The notes: generated from the sequence alone by a model not told the origin. A stretch of 64,000 nt of DNA from Eubacteriales bacterium (GCA_045546975.1 JAZQDV010000013.1:58013-122012); one strand, 5' to 3'. Counted from the stretch's first letter, positions 1 through 9,670 are shown. Numbers and translations: made by a program.

Positions 1-201
1 TTCAAGAGCCTTGTAATACTCGTCTGAAATGTTGATTGCGGAAAGAAGTGCTGACTCGATGATTGAGAAGTTTCCGGTCTTTAACACCTCTGACACTTTT
101 GCATCAACGTGCGCTGCTACGCGGCGTGTGTACTCCTCATTCTCTCCGCTTATTAGGCGAAGCTCTACTCCTGCAATGTTTACCTTAATAGAGTTTTTCA
201 T
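1..201 (-). CDS. zapA: Cell division protein ZapA-like, N-terminal part (3' end lies outside the window)
   Basis: Reverse-strand ATG at 199-201 is preceded by GGAGGG. My translation MKNSIKVNIAGVELRLISGENEEYTRRVAAHVDAKVSEVL... resembles ZapA. This ORF is not in the ORF track because no stop lies in the window. Confidence 0.55.
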   Translation of the reverse strand, partial: MKNSIKVNIAGVELRLISGENEEYTRRVAAHVDAKVSEVLKTGNFSIIESALLSAINISDEYYKALE

Positions 202-348
202 ATCAAAATCCCTCCAGAAAAAAGTTTACAATTTTATATGATAATTATATCATATTGCGTGTGTTATTGGAATATTAAATTTAGAAAGTTCACAATTTTT
301 TCTGCCTTGACAAGCGCGTTTTCATATATTAAAATTATATCGCAACAT

Positions 349-423
349 GCCTCCGTAGTTAAGTGGATATAACAAACCCCTCCTAAGGGTTAGTCATCGG
401 TTCGACTCCGGTCGGGGGTGCCA
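349..423 (+). tRNA. tRNA-Arg (anticodon CCT)
   Basis: Hand-folded cloverleaf. Acceptor gcctccg/cgggggt has two G-U pairs. D stem is gtta/taac, anticodon stem aaccc/gggtt with loop ctCCTaa, T arm atcgg-ttcgact-ccggt. The CCA end is encoded. Confidence 0.85.
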
Positions 424-433
424 GTCTGCACAT

Positions 434-465
434 AAAAACCCAAGGCTTTCGTCCTTGGGTTTTTA
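434..465 (+). terminator. Rho-independent terminator after tRNA-Arg
   Basis: Stem acccaagg/ccttgggt is followed by a T-run. Confidence 0.7.
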
Positions 466-466
466 T

Positions 467-607
467 AGTTAAGTGGATATAAGAACCGCACGCCGTTTCC
501 AAAATCACAGATTTTGACGGCTGAGCGAACCTTTTTATTCGCTTCGCTCATAATAACAAACCCCTCCTAAGGGCAAATCGTGCGTTCGACTCCGGTCGGG
601 GGTGCCA
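467..607 (+). pseudogene. Degenerate, interrupted second copy of tRNA-Arg(CCT) lacking the 5' acceptor strand
   Basis: It repeats agttaagtggatataa, taacaaacccctcctaaggg and ttcgactccggtcgggggtgcca from the upstream tRNA. About 70 nt is inserted in the D-loop region, and the anticodon and T stems are broken. Confidence 0.6.
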
Positions 608-653
608 AAAAGAAACGACATTTTCCAAAATGGAAGTTGTCGTTTCTTTTTTT
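608..653. terminator. Bidirectional terminator hairpin
   Basis: Stem agaaacgaca/tgtcgtttct is flanked by an A-run and a T-run. It lies between the tRNA region and the convergent GH95 gene. Confidence 0.65.
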
Positions 654-744
654 ACTATTCACTTTTCTCTATTCACTCTTCGTTCTTCTCTTAAATTGTC
701 GTCTCCAGATAAGAGACAAAAGCGAAGAGATAAGAGCTTCTTCG

Positions 745-2928
745 CTAAAATTCAATAACCTTTGTTGCGGCTTCACGGGCAACTTTGAGTTCTTCTCCGT
801 TTACGACAAATGTTACCTCATTCTCAAAGCCGAATTCAATTTCAAGCTTTGACATTTTGCCGTCACGCCAGAAGATCGAGAGCTTGTGTCCGCCCGGGAT
901 GTATACGCCCTCGAGCTTTCCCGACTTCCAAGCCTTCGGAAGTGCGTGGAGAAGACGTACCTTGCCACCGGAAACATTAACGAGTGCCTCGATTACCGAT
1001 GCGGTGCCGCCGAGGTTTCCGTCTATCTGGAAAACTCCCGGTGGATGGAGGTCAAGCAGTGTGTCCGTTGCAAACTCGGTTATCATCTTGTTGTAGTTAT
1101 CACCGAATATCTCGCCCTCACCGAACTTTGCAAAGAAGCAGGATGCCCATGCGCGACTCCAACCGGACTGTCCCCCGCCTGCAGCGAGTCTTGTGTCAAG
1201 CGACTTTCTTGCAGCAGCATAAAGCTCGGGTGTATCATACTCGTTTATAATATCTGACGGATAGAAGCCGTAGAGGTGAGAAACATGCCTGTGCTCAGGC
1301 TCAACCTCTTCTCTCTCCTCGGAATCCCATTCGACAAGTCTTCCGTCACGTGCCACCTTGAGCTTCGGGAGATTTTCGCGAAGCTTTTTCCATTTTCTTA
1401 CCTTCAGCTTATCCTTGCCGAGAATTTCCGCCGCCTCTATTGCATAGGTGAGACCGTCAATTGCAATCTCAATATCCATAGCAGAGGAAATTCCGATACT
1501 TACATCAAAGCAACCCGTTCCCTTGAACCTGTTTTCAGGAGACTGGCTCGGCATAATCTGATAAACGCCGTTCTCATCGCGGACAAGGAAGTCCTCATAG
1601 AACAGTGCAACCTCGCGGAAGAACGGATATGCGCGTTCTTCGAGGAATTTGCGGTCTCCCATATATCGGTAGTGATTCCAGAGATGCATTGCCATCCACG
1701 GTGCCGTACCCATCCATACCGCCCAACCGTAAGACTCGGGGCTCTGCAGTCCCCATACGTCGCCCTGGTGTGAGAGCCAGATTCCGCGGCAACCGTAAAG
1801 ACGCTTTGCCGCATCTCGACCCGACTCCTGAAGGCTGAGAACATAGTTGAAGAGCTTCTCGTTGCACTCGTGCATACCGAGAGGGGATGCCATCCAGTAG
1901 TTCATCTGAAGGTTTATATTCATGTGGTAATCACTTGCCCATGGCGGATCAAGCTCAAGATTCCACTTACCCTGAAGGTTTGCCGGTAAATATCCGCAGA
2001 TGCTCGATGATAAAAGCAGGTATCTGCCATAGCCAAAGTATAAAACGAGAAGACCTATATCCTCTTTACCGTTTCTTAACGCCTCCATTCTCTCGTCCGT
2101 CGGAAGTGTGTCGAGGTCGTCCTCATGCTCAATTTCAAACACACTTCTCGCCATAAGGGATGAGAACTTTTCCTTATGCTTGATAAGTCGCGCATCATAC
2201 TCCTCAGGCTCTATCTCGCGCGCAGAATCCTCTATCTCGGGGATGACGACATCCGTAGCTGTCGTTATGTAGGATGCCCCCTCGATTTTCACTCCGTTTG
2301 CAATCGGGGTTACACTTCCGTCGGTCATGAACTTCGTTTTTACATAAAATGAGATACCACCGACTATCTTGCAGTTAAAGGTAATGGTGTCGGAAGTTAC
2401 CTCAAACGTGTGCTCTGCGACCTCCTCCTCTTCGCGGGAGAGCGTGAGCTCGCCTGTGAGATTCTCGCCCTGTATACGGGAAAAGATGAGCGTCCCGTCA
2501 GAGTCTGCAAAAAACTCGGAGTTTACCCTCGCTCTCGCGCTTTTTGCAACGCCTGTTTCTATATCAAGGCTTCTCTCCGTAATACGGCTTCCCGCTGCAT
2601 GACGGAAGGTGAGATTTCCCGCAGGGATGAAGCAGTCAAGCTTTCGCGGCATGCCCGACACTCCGCCGTATCCGCCAAAAAAGAGGTTTGAAAGAGCAGT
2701 CGCTTCAAAGAACTTGCCGGCCTTGAGATAATCTCTTACAAGCGGCAAGAATTTTGCATTGTCCGGGGCGCGACGGCCACGGTTTATCCCTTTCCAGAGA
2801 TGCTCGTGGTTGAGGGACAAAATGTCACACTCTTCTGTCTCCCAGAGCATAGCGGCAAGCCTGCCGCTGCCTATCGGGAGTCCGCGTTTCCACTCGCGTG
2901 CCTCACTTTTGTACCATAATTTTTTCAT
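745..2928 (-). CDS. Glycoside hydrolase family 95-like (alpha-L-fucosidase type)
   Basis: 727 aa. The N-terminus LWYKSEAREWKRGLPIGSGRLAAMLW...LNHEHLWKG and the internal NINLQMNYW motif are typical of GH95. Confidence 0.75.
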   Translation of the reverse strand: MKKLWYKSEAREWKRGLPIGSGRLAAMLWETEECDILSLNHEHLWKGINRGRRAPDNAKFLPLVRDYLKAGKFFEATALSNLFFGGYGGVSGMPRKLDCFIPAGNLTFRHAAGSRITERSLDIETGVAKSARARVNSEFFADSDGTLIFSRIQGENLTGELTLSREEEEVAEHTFEVTSDTITFNCKIVGGISFYVKTKFMTDGSVTPIANGVKIEGASYITTATDVVIPEIEDSAREIEPEEYDARLIKHKEKFSSLMARSVFEIEHEDDLDTLPTDERMEALRNGKEDIGLLVLYFGYGRYLLLSSSICGYLPANLQGKWNLELDPPWASDYHMNINLQMNYWMASPLGMHECNEKLFNYVLSLQESGRDAAKRLYGCRGIWLSHQGDVWGLQSPESYGWAVWMGTAPWMAMHLWNHYRYMGDRKFLEERAYPFFREVALFYEDFLVRDENGVYQIMPSQSPENRFKGTGCFDVSIGISSAMDIEIAIDGLTYAIEAAEILGKDKLKVRKWKKLRENLPKLKVARDGRLVEWDSEEREEVEPEHRHVSHLYGFYPSDIINEYDTPELYAAARKSLDTRLAAGGGQSGWSRAWASCFFAKFGEGEIFGDNYNKMITEFATDTLLDLHPPGVFQIDGNLGGTASVIEALVNVSGGKVRLLHALPKAWKSGKLEGVYIPGGHKLSIFWRDGKMSKLEIEFGFENEVTFVVNGEELKVAREAATKVIEF

Positions 2929-2987
2929 AAAACCATCCTCTTTCTGTTTGAAAACATAGTAACATCTTTGAAAACCTTTTGCAACAA

Positions 2988-3803
2988 TTATTTTTTGTGT
3001 CTGCTAAGCGGAGCATTGCGCGGATTGTGATTATACACCTTTTCACAGGCACGGTAGAAGGACGAGTAATTGTTGAATCCCGCAATAGCCGATGCGTCGG
3101 AAAGGCTTTTCCCGTCGGCGACCAATTCATCAACCAACGTCAGTCTTTTCTGCTTTATGTACATCTGCACGGTAAGTCCCGTTGCCTGCTTGAAAACTCT
3201 GCACAGATGATACTTTGAAATGAAAAACTGCTCACAAAGAGCGTCAAGGGAAATGTCGCTTGCGAAGTTTTCGTTTATGTATTCTATTATCTTCTTTACC
3301 GTCTTGTTGACCGCGTCGGGTTTCTCAAACGATGAAATCTCATTGATTATGTGGAGTATCTCAACCATGATGCTGTTCGCTATCAGGGAGTCTGTTTTTG
3401 AAAAATTGTCCGTGTATTTTCCAAGCCGGATTATCGCGTCATAAAGACCGCTTTTTCTCGCCCGCTCGGAGCTTATTCTGTTTCCCTTTGAAAAATTGCC
3501 CTCAAGAAATGCATTTTCGTATTCCGGACAGTTGTTTTTCACAAAGAACTCGGGCGACACCATAATTACAATTCTGTGATACGGCTTGGGTTTGTTGTGA
3601 TATACCCTGTGCATTTCCTGCTTTCTTATGATGATGATATCCTCAGAAGAAAGAGCATAGTTTTTCTCTTCGACAACATACTTTACATCACCCTCAAAAA
3701 ACACGTAAATCTCATGTTCGTTGTGATTGTGCAGATAAAACTCGGAGGGTTTCGGTATCCCCTTCATCATATTTACGTTAAATCCATATTTGTTCAGATA
3801 CAT
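2988..3803 (-). CDS. AraC family transcriptional regulator (cupin sensor plus HTH)
   Basis: 271 aa. The C-terminus has the AraC-type double HTH (SLDALCEQFFISKYHLCRVFKQATGLTVQMYIKQKRL...). It is divergent from the sugar gene cluster. Confidence 0.8.
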   Translation of the reverse strand: MYLNKYGFNVNMMKGIPKPSEFYLHNHNEHEIYVFFEGDVKYVVEEKNYALSSEDIIIIRKQEMHRVYHNKPKPYHRIVIMVSPEFFVKNNCPEYENAFLEGNFSKGNRISSERARKSGLYDAIIRLGKYTDNFSKTDSLIANSIMVEILHIINEISSFEKPDAVNKTVKKIIEYINENFASDISLDALCEQFFISKYHLCRVFKQATGLTVQMYIKQKRLTLVDELVADGKSLSDASAIAGFNNYSSFYRACEKVYNHNPRNAPLSRHKK

Positions 3804-3927
3804 CCTTTTCTCCCCTTCTTATGCTATTCTATCAAACAATAGCAATAATTGCAATGTTTTTAGCAATTATCGTGTAGAAAATTCGCACTTTTTTTGTTAC
3901 CATATAATTAAGTTAAGGAGTGATTAT

Positions 3928-4773
3928 ATGGCATACAAGAACTTAAGCGGTTTTGCCGACGAAATTTCCTCGGACATCAAGGTCCAGTTCGAGGTATTTA
4001 ACAAACTCGGCATAAACTATTTTGAACCGAGAGGCGTTAACGGAAAAAACATCTCCGAGCTTTCGGATGACGAGGTAAACGCCCTTCTTTCCGAGATGAA
4101 GAAGCACGGAATCTCCGCTTCATCAATCGGCTCACCTATCGGAAAAATTAAAATCACAGACGATTTTGACGCTCACTTTGAGCTTTTCCGCCGCGTTGTG
4201 AAAACGGCAAAGAGCTTAGGCACGAAATACATAAGAATGTTCAGCTTCTATAACGACTCACCCGAGTGGAGCGAGGATTCGCGCAAGTGCGTGTTTAAGC
4301 GTCTCGGGAAACTCATCGACTATGCAAAGTCAGAGGGCGTAGTTCTTCTCCATGAAAACGAGAAGGATATCTACGGCGATACGATTGAACGCTGTCTTGA
4401 CCTTTTTGAAAATCTCGCCTGCGAGAATTTCAGGGCAGTTTTTGACCCTGCAAACTTCGTGCAGTGCGGAATCGATACGAAAGAGGCGTTCTCCGCACTA
4501 CGCCCGTACATCGAATATATGCACATAAAGGATTCTCTTTCCGACGGTACTATCGTCCCTGCAGGTCAGGGGCTTGGCAACATTCCCTACATTCTCGGGG
4601 AACTTCTTACAAACGGCTATACAGGGTACATCTCCCTTGAACCGCATCTCGGAAGCTTTGACGGTCTTGAAAAGCTTGAGCTTGACGACACTATGATGAA
4701 GCTCCCCAAAGGCGGAGAAGGAACATTTACCCTTGCATACAACGAACTCAATAAAATTATTGAAAGGATATGA
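3928..4773 (+). CDS. Sugar phosphate isomerase/epimerase (xylose isomerase-like TIM barrel), copy 1
   Basis: The start was moved to the ATG at 3928, which follows AAGGAG. The sequence LHENEKDIYGD...MHIKD...ISLEPH fits the AP-endonuclease-2/xylose-isomerase-like TIM family. Confidence 0.75.
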   Translation: MAYKNLSGFADEISSDIKVQFEVFNKLGINYFEPRGVNGKNISELSDDEVNALLSEMKKHGISASSIGSPIGKIKITDDFDAHFELFRRVVKTAKSLGTKYIRMFSFYNDSPEWSEDSRKCVFKRLGKLIDYAKSEGVVLLHENEKDIYGDTIERCLDLFENLACENFRAVFDPANFVQCGIDTKEAFSALRPYIEYMHIKDSLSDGTIVPAGQGLGNIPYILGELLTNGYTGYISLEPHLGSFDGLEKLELDDTMMKLPKGGEGTFTLAYNELNKIIERI

Positions 4774-4777
4774 TAAA

Positions 4778-5935
4778 ATGAAAACAGTAAGACTTGGTAT
4801 TATCGGCTACGGAAACATGGGCACAGAGCATTGCAAGAACATCAATGACGGAAAGGTGCCCGGAATGGAAGTTTCCGCTATCTGCGATATTGCGGAGGCA
4901 AGACGCGACGCTGCAAAGAAAACTAATCCCGATGTCGCAATTTTTGACAATGCAACAGAGCTCTTTAAGAGCGGCCTTTGCGATGTTGTAATCATCGCAG
5001 TTCCCCACTACGACCACTCACCTCTCGCAATCGAGGCTTTCTCTTACGGTCTCAATGTCATCACAGAAAAGCCTGCAGGCGTGTACACAAAGCAGGTTCT
5101 TGAGATGAACGAGGCAGCTAAAAAATCAGGCAAGCTCTTTGGCATTATGTATAACCAGAGAACAAACCCGATGTATGCAAAGATCCGTGAGATGGTACAG
5201 TCCGGCGAGCTTGGACACATCAAGAGAATTTCTTGGGTTATCACCGACTGGTACCGTCCGCAGGGCTACCATGACAGCTGCTCATGGCGTTCTACCTGGA
5301 GAACAGAGGGCGGCGGCGCACTCATTAACCAGAATCCGCACCAGCTCGACCTTTGGCAGTGGATGTTCGGCATGCCCGACAAGATCACATCCTTTGTCTC
5401 CTTCGGTAAGTACTACGACATCGAGGTTGAGGACGATGTCACAGCATACTTTGAATATGAAAACGGAACAACGGGTACATACATCACCTCAACAGGTGAG
5501 GCTCCGGGAACAAACCGCCTTGAAATTTCCTGCGATATGGGTAAAATCGTCGTAGAGAACGGCGAGATGACCTTCTGGAGAAACACAGTTTCTGAGCGTG
5601 AGTTTAACAAGAACTTTGACGGCGTTTTCGGCAGGCCCGAATGCTGGAAGTGTGAGCTTCCCGTCAAGGGCAACGGTGAGCAGCACGTAGGCATCTTCAA
5701 GAACGTTGTCCGCGCACTCAACGAGGGTACTCCCCTCCTCGCACCGGGTTATGAGGGTATCAACGGTCTTACCATTTCAAATGCTATCCACTACTCAACC
5801 TGGACAAACTCCACAGTTGATGTAAAGAACTTCCCGCATGATGACTACTACCGTATCCTTCAGGAAAAGATTGCGGCATCAACAGTTGTCAAGAACGTAG
5901 TTCAGAAGACCACAGGCACAGAGGGAACTTATTAA
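4778..5935 (+). CDS. Gfo/Idh/MocA family oxidoreductase, copy 1
   Basis: The internal start MKTVRLGIIGYGNMG carries the Rossmann GxGxxG motif. EKP and GGGALINQNPH motifs are also present. Confidence 0.8.
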   Translation: MKTVRLGIIGYGNMGTEHCKNINDGKVPGMEVSAICDIAEARRDAAKKTNPDVAIFDNATELFKSGLCDVVIIAVPHYDHSPLAIEAFSYGLNVITEKPAGVYTKQVLEMNEAAKKSGKLFGIMYNQRTNPMYAKIREMVQSGELGHIKRISWVITDWYRPQGYHDSCSWRSTWRTEGGGALINQNPHQLDLWQWMFGMPDKITSFVSFGKYYDIEVEDDVTAYFEYENGTTGTYITSTGEAPGTNRLEISCDMGKIVVENGEMTFWRNTVSEREFNKNFDGVFGRPECWKCELPVKGNGEQHVGIFKNVVRALNEGTPLLAPGYEGINGLTISNAIHYSTWTNSTVDVKNFPHDDYYRILQEKIAASTVVKNVVQKTTGTEGTY

Positions 5936-5952
5936 TACGGAGGAAAAGGACC

Positions 5953-6726
5953 ATGGATAAAAGAATAGGTGCTCAGTATTATACAATACGCGACTTTTGC
6001 AAAACAATAGAGGACTTTGATTCTTCCTGCAAGAGAGTAAAGGAAATCGGCTACAAAGCAGTTCAGCTTTCGGGAATCCCGAACTTTGACCCGCACGCTA
6101 TCCGAGAGATTCTCGATAAGCACGGTCTCACTCCTTTCTGCACTCACAGAAGCTGGCAGGACTATCTCGAAAACATTGATGCTGAAATAAACTTCCACAA
6201 GGTTGTCGGCTGTGATATCGCAGGACTCGGCGCACTGCCCGGCGCATTTTCCGAAGGTGGGATGGAACCTGAGGCACTTAAGAAGTTTGCAAAGGACGCA
6301 ACTGTTGTTGCAAACAAGCTTGCAGAACACGGCATCACCTTTGGTTACCATAACCACGCGTTTGAGTTCAGAAAGTTCGACGGAAAGTTTGCTTTCGACA
6401 TTCTCACAGAATCCGTCAAGAGCGACAACTTCAAGTACATTCTTGATACATACTGGCTCGCATACGCCGGTATTGACCCTGCAAGATTTATCCTTGAGAG
6501 AGCAGGTCAGGTTGTCTGCGTTCACTTAAAGGACTTAAAGATTGTCGGAAACGACCCGAGATATGCAGAGGTCGGTTGCGGCAACATCCTTTGGGATGAG
6601 GTCCTCCCCGCTTGTGAAAAGGCAGGGGTCAAGTACGCTCTTGTCGAGCAGGATGAGTGTGATGTAAACCCGTTTGACGCGCTTACAACAAGCTACAATT
6701 ACCTCACTACAAAGGGATTTAACTGA
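5953..6726 (+). CDS. Sugar phosphate isomerase/epimerase (xylose isomerase-like TIM barrel), copy 2
   Basis: 257 aa with YHNHAFEF...VHLKD...EQD motifs typical of the family. Confidence 0.7.
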   Translation: MDKRIGAQYYTIRDFCKTIEDFDSSCKRVKEIGYKAVQLSGIPNFDPHAIREILDKHGLTPFCTHRSWQDYLENIDAEINFHKVVGCDIAGLGALPGAFSEGGMEPEALKKFAKDATVVANKLAEHGITFGYHNHAFEFRKFDGKFAFDILTESVKSDNFKYILDTYWLAYAGIDPARFILERAGQVVCVHLKDLKIVGNDPRYAEVGCGNILWDEVLPACEKAGVKYALVEQDECDVNPFDALTTSYNYLTTKGFN

Positions 6727-6727
6727 T

Positions 6728-7681
6728 ATGAACGTTTGTATAGTCGGATTTGGTGCTATCGGCCCCATACACGCGGAAGCACTCTCAAAACTTTCGGGCG
6801 TCAATATCTACGGTATCTGCGATATCGTAAGAGAACGGGCAGATAAAGCGGCCGAGAAGTATTCCGCAAAGGCATTTTATGACTTTGACGAGTGCCTTTT
6901 GGACGAAAACATTGATAGCATCCATATCTGCACACCGCACTACCTTCATTATGAGATGATAACAAAAGCGCGCGAGCGCGGACTTACAGTCGTTTGCGAA
7001 AAGCCCATCACTATGACGGGCGAGGAATTTTCCTCGCTTATGCGCGACTTTGATACAAGCCGTGTTTACCCCGTTTTCCAGAATCGGAAAAACGCCTGCA
7101 TCCAGTATCTTACCGATCGCGTCAAAACTGACAAAAGCCTCGGCAAGCTCCGTGGCGTAAAAGGTATCGCGACCTGGTTCCGAGGTGCCGACTACTACAA
7201 TGCTGATGCATGGCGCGGGACAAAGAAGTACGAGGGCGGCGGTGTGCTGATAAATCAGACAATCCACCTACTCGACCTTATGCTTCTGTTTGGCGGCAAG
7301 GTAAGCTCTGTTTCCTCATCAGCTTCAAACAAGTCACTCCAAGGTGTCATTGAAGTTGAGGACACACTTGATGCGCGAATTGAGTTTGAGAACGGGGCTG
7401 TCGGCATCTTCTTTGCGACCAACGGCTATGCAGAAAATACGCCGTTCCAGCTCGAGCTTGTTTTCGAAAACAAAATCTTTGTTTATTACAGAAACAGTCT
7501 CTACGAGGACGGAGAGCTCGTCTGCTCGGATTCGGGCGCAGTTCCCGGCAAGGACTACTGGGGCAGCGGCCACGCAAGAATAATGCACGACATTTACGAA
7601 ACCGACTCTCCCATTACCCTTCAAGACGCAAAAGAGACTATGGAGACTATGTTTAAGATTTACGACCGCGCAAATAAATAA
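6728..7681 (+). CDS. Gfo/Idh/MocA family oxidoreductase, copy 2
   Basis: The internal start is MNVCIVGFGAIGPIHA. CEKP and GGGVLINQTIH motifs are present. The start lies 1 nt after the upstream stop. Confidence 0.8.
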   Translation: MNVCIVGFGAIGPIHAEALSKLSGVNIYGICDIVRERADKAAEKYSAKAFYDFDECLLDENIDSIHICTPHYLHYEMITKARERGLTVVCEKPITMTGEEFSSLMRDFDTSRVYPVFQNRKNACIQYLTDRVKTDKSLGKLRGVKGIATWFRGADYYNADAWRGTKKYEGGGVLINQTIHLLDLMLLFGGKVSSVSSSASNKSLQGVIEVEDTLDARIEFENGAVGIFFATNGYAENTPFQLELVFENKIFVYYRNSLYEDGELVCSDSGAVPGKDYWGSGHARIMHDIYETDSPITLQDAKETMETMFKIYDRANK

Positions 7682-7691
7682 CTTATACAAC

Positions 7692-7735
7692 AAAACGCTC
7701 AGGTATTTTGATAAATACCTGAGCGTTTTTATTAT
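7692..7735. terminator. Bidirectional terminator between convergent oxidoreductase genes
   Basis: 13-bp stem aacgctcaggtat/atacctgagcgtt is flanked by A- and T-runs. Confidence 0.75.
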
Positions 7736-7737
7736 TT

Positions 7738-8682
7738 TTATATTTCTTTGTAAATTGTCTGGATTGCACGGATAACGTCAAGGCCGTATGCACCGTCGAC
7801 TGTAGGTGTCTTGCGTGTCTTGAGTGTGTCTACAACTTCCTTCATAATGAAGTCCATCTCGGAAAGACCGCAACGGCAGTCGATTACCTCGCCTTCTTCG
7901 CCCATGGGGAATACCTCAATCTCGCCGTCGCGGATTCTGATTTCCCCCTTTGAGAGGTAGAGAACTGTCTGGTAAACACCAGCTGTTGTGTGGCCCGTGA
8001 GGTTAAGAAGCGCGCTGACTCCCGTTGATGTCTTGACGAACGCCTGAACGCCGTCCTCAACACTTGCGCCCTCGGGGATGTGAACGCTGCCGACTGCCTC
8101 GACGATCTCGCCGTCTGAGAAGTACTTTACCTTATCAAGCGCATGTGCGCCGAGGTTCATCATAATACCGCCGCCGCTCATCTTCTTATCAAGGAACCAG
8201 CGCGGACGTGCCGGTGAGAAGTAGAAGCAGTTACGTGTTTCAGTAATACCTACAAGCTCGCCAAGCTTGCCTGACTTTACGATTTCCTTTGCCTTTGAGT
8301 TTGTCGGGAAGTAGCCCTGTCCGTGACCTATCCAGAAGAGGACGCCTGCCTTCTCGCAAACGTCAATCATCTCCTGACAGTCAGCGACGGAAATTCCCAT
8401 CGGCTTTTCAAGGTAAATGTCAATACCCTTTGCCGCGCACTTCTGAACACAGGGGTTGTGGAGTGCGTGCGGAAGGTTGATGATAACAAGGTCAAGCTCT
8501 TCTTTTTCAAGAAGCTCATTATAGTCAAGATACCCGTTTGCGCCTGTTTTCTTTACGGCGTCCTCAAGCTTTTCGGGAACAACATCACACAGCGCGGTGA
8601 TACTTGCATCGTCCATTTTTCCGAAGACATTGATATGCCTGTCGCAGTTTAATCCGCATCCGATAACAGCTACTTTTAACAT
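7738..8682 (-). CDS. Gfo/Idh/MocA family oxidoreductase, copy 3
   Basis: 314 aa with MLKVAVIGCGLN, LEKPMG and GGGIMMNLGAHALD motifs. Confidence 0.8.
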   Translation of the reverse strand: MLKVAVIGCGLNCDRHINVFGKMDDASITALCDVVPEKLEDAVKKTGANGYLDYNELLEKEELDLVIINLPHALHNPCVQKCAAKGIDIYLEKPMGISVADCQEMIDVCEKAGVLFWIGHGQGYFPTNSKAKEIVKSGKLGELVGITETRNCFYFSPARPRWFLDKKMSGGGIMMNLGAHALDKVKYFSDGEIVEAVGSVHIPEGASVEDGVQAFVKTSTGVSALLNLTGHTTAGVYQTVLYLSKGEIRIRDGEIEVFPMGEEGEVIDCRCGLSEMDFIMKEVVDTLKTRKTPTVDGAYGLDVIRAIQTIYKEI

Positions 8683-8698
8683 AATTTTATACCTCTCT

Positions 8699-9451
8699 TT
8701 ATTTCAAAAGTTCCAAAAGTTTTTTAGCATCACACATAAAGCTTTCGTCAGCGCCATCCTGCACCGACTCGATAAGGACGTACCTGTCGCGGTCATCCTT
8801 TCTTACTATATCAAGACACGACACCCAGTCAATTCTTCCGTCTTTAATCATAACGAGTCTTCTTTCTTCATCAAACGAATGAATGTGGATGTTTGTAAGC
8901 TTTCCTGTGTTGTATATTGCCCTGAGGCTTTCCTCGAGCTCTGCCTGTGGGAGAGTCGGAATCGCCTGCCAATATGTAAGGAAGTTCGGCTCCCCTACCT
9001 CGTCGAGAAGCTTTAGGTGGCTTTCAAGACGGTCGGTGAGCGTATGCTGGTGGCACTCGGTGGATATTCTCACACCCTCGGCACCTGCAAGCTTTGAAAT
9101 CTTTTTTGCCTCATCGACAAGCTCCTCGCGCCTTTTTTCATCCGTTTCAAGCGAACCCTCGCCGCCTGACCAGATGCGGATGTCTGAAACTCCAAGTTCA
9201 AGCGCGCTCTCAAGCACGGGCTCAAACTCTGCCCCTTTGCCAAGGCGGTAATACGAACCGTAGGATGAGCACTCAAGACCTGCGGAGACTGTCATGTCTC
9301 GGACTTCTCTTGCGATTTTGACATCACCTGCAGGCACGTGAGAATCCCCTGCCCACTCAATTGCCGAAAGACCCGCGCCTTTAACAAGGTCTATAAGCTC
9401 GGCAGGTGTTTTCCCTCGAAACGTCATTGACGCTAAACCCGGTTTAAGCAT
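8699..9451 (-). CDS. Sugar phosphate isomerase/epimerase (xylose isomerase-like TIM barrel), copy 3
   Basis: 250 aa with a TIM-barrel family pattern (IEWAGDSHV...IRIWSGG...ECHQHT). It sits directly upstream of oxidoreductase copy 3 on the same strand. Confidence 0.65.
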   Translation of the reverse strand: MLKPGLASMTFRGKTPAELIDLVKGAGLSAIEWAGDSHVPAGDVKIAREVRDMTVSAGLECSSYGSYYRLGKGAEFEPVLESALELGVSDIRIWSGGEGSLETDEKRREELVDEAKKISKLAGAEGVRISTECHQHTLTDRLESHLKLLDEVGEPNFLTYWQAIPTLPQAELEESLRAIYNTGKLTNIHIHSFDEERRLVMIKDGRIDWVSCLDIVRKDDRDRYVLIESVQDGADESFMCDAKKLLELLK

Positions 9452-9670
9452 ATTATATCCTCTTTTTCTGTCTTTTTTATCTAATCATATTATAACATTT
9501 ATATCCTTTTTTGCAATCTTTTTCTTCTATCATTTTTTGAAATTTTTTTGATTTTTTCAAACTTTTTTGCGTGCCCGATTATCTTATATACAGAAATCGA
9601 AATCCGAATTGACAACGGTGGCGGTTTAAGGTATTCTTATAATATAATATGTAAACAAGGAGAAACGATT

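Noticed and set aside
580-852. A 90-aa plus-strand ORF starting inside the tRNA-Arg remnant.
   Set aside because: It runs through a tRNA-derived sequence, a terminator hairpin and the 3' end of the GH95 gene on the other strand.
3790-3927. N-terminal extensions in the ORF track. Other examples are 4733, 6674, 9548, 27711, 32110, 38034, 39425, 39723, 56400, 58156 and 61878.
   Set aside because: Internal starts have good Shine-Dalgarno sequences, match family N-termini and remove overlaps with upstream genes. The extensions are low-complexity or cross promoters.
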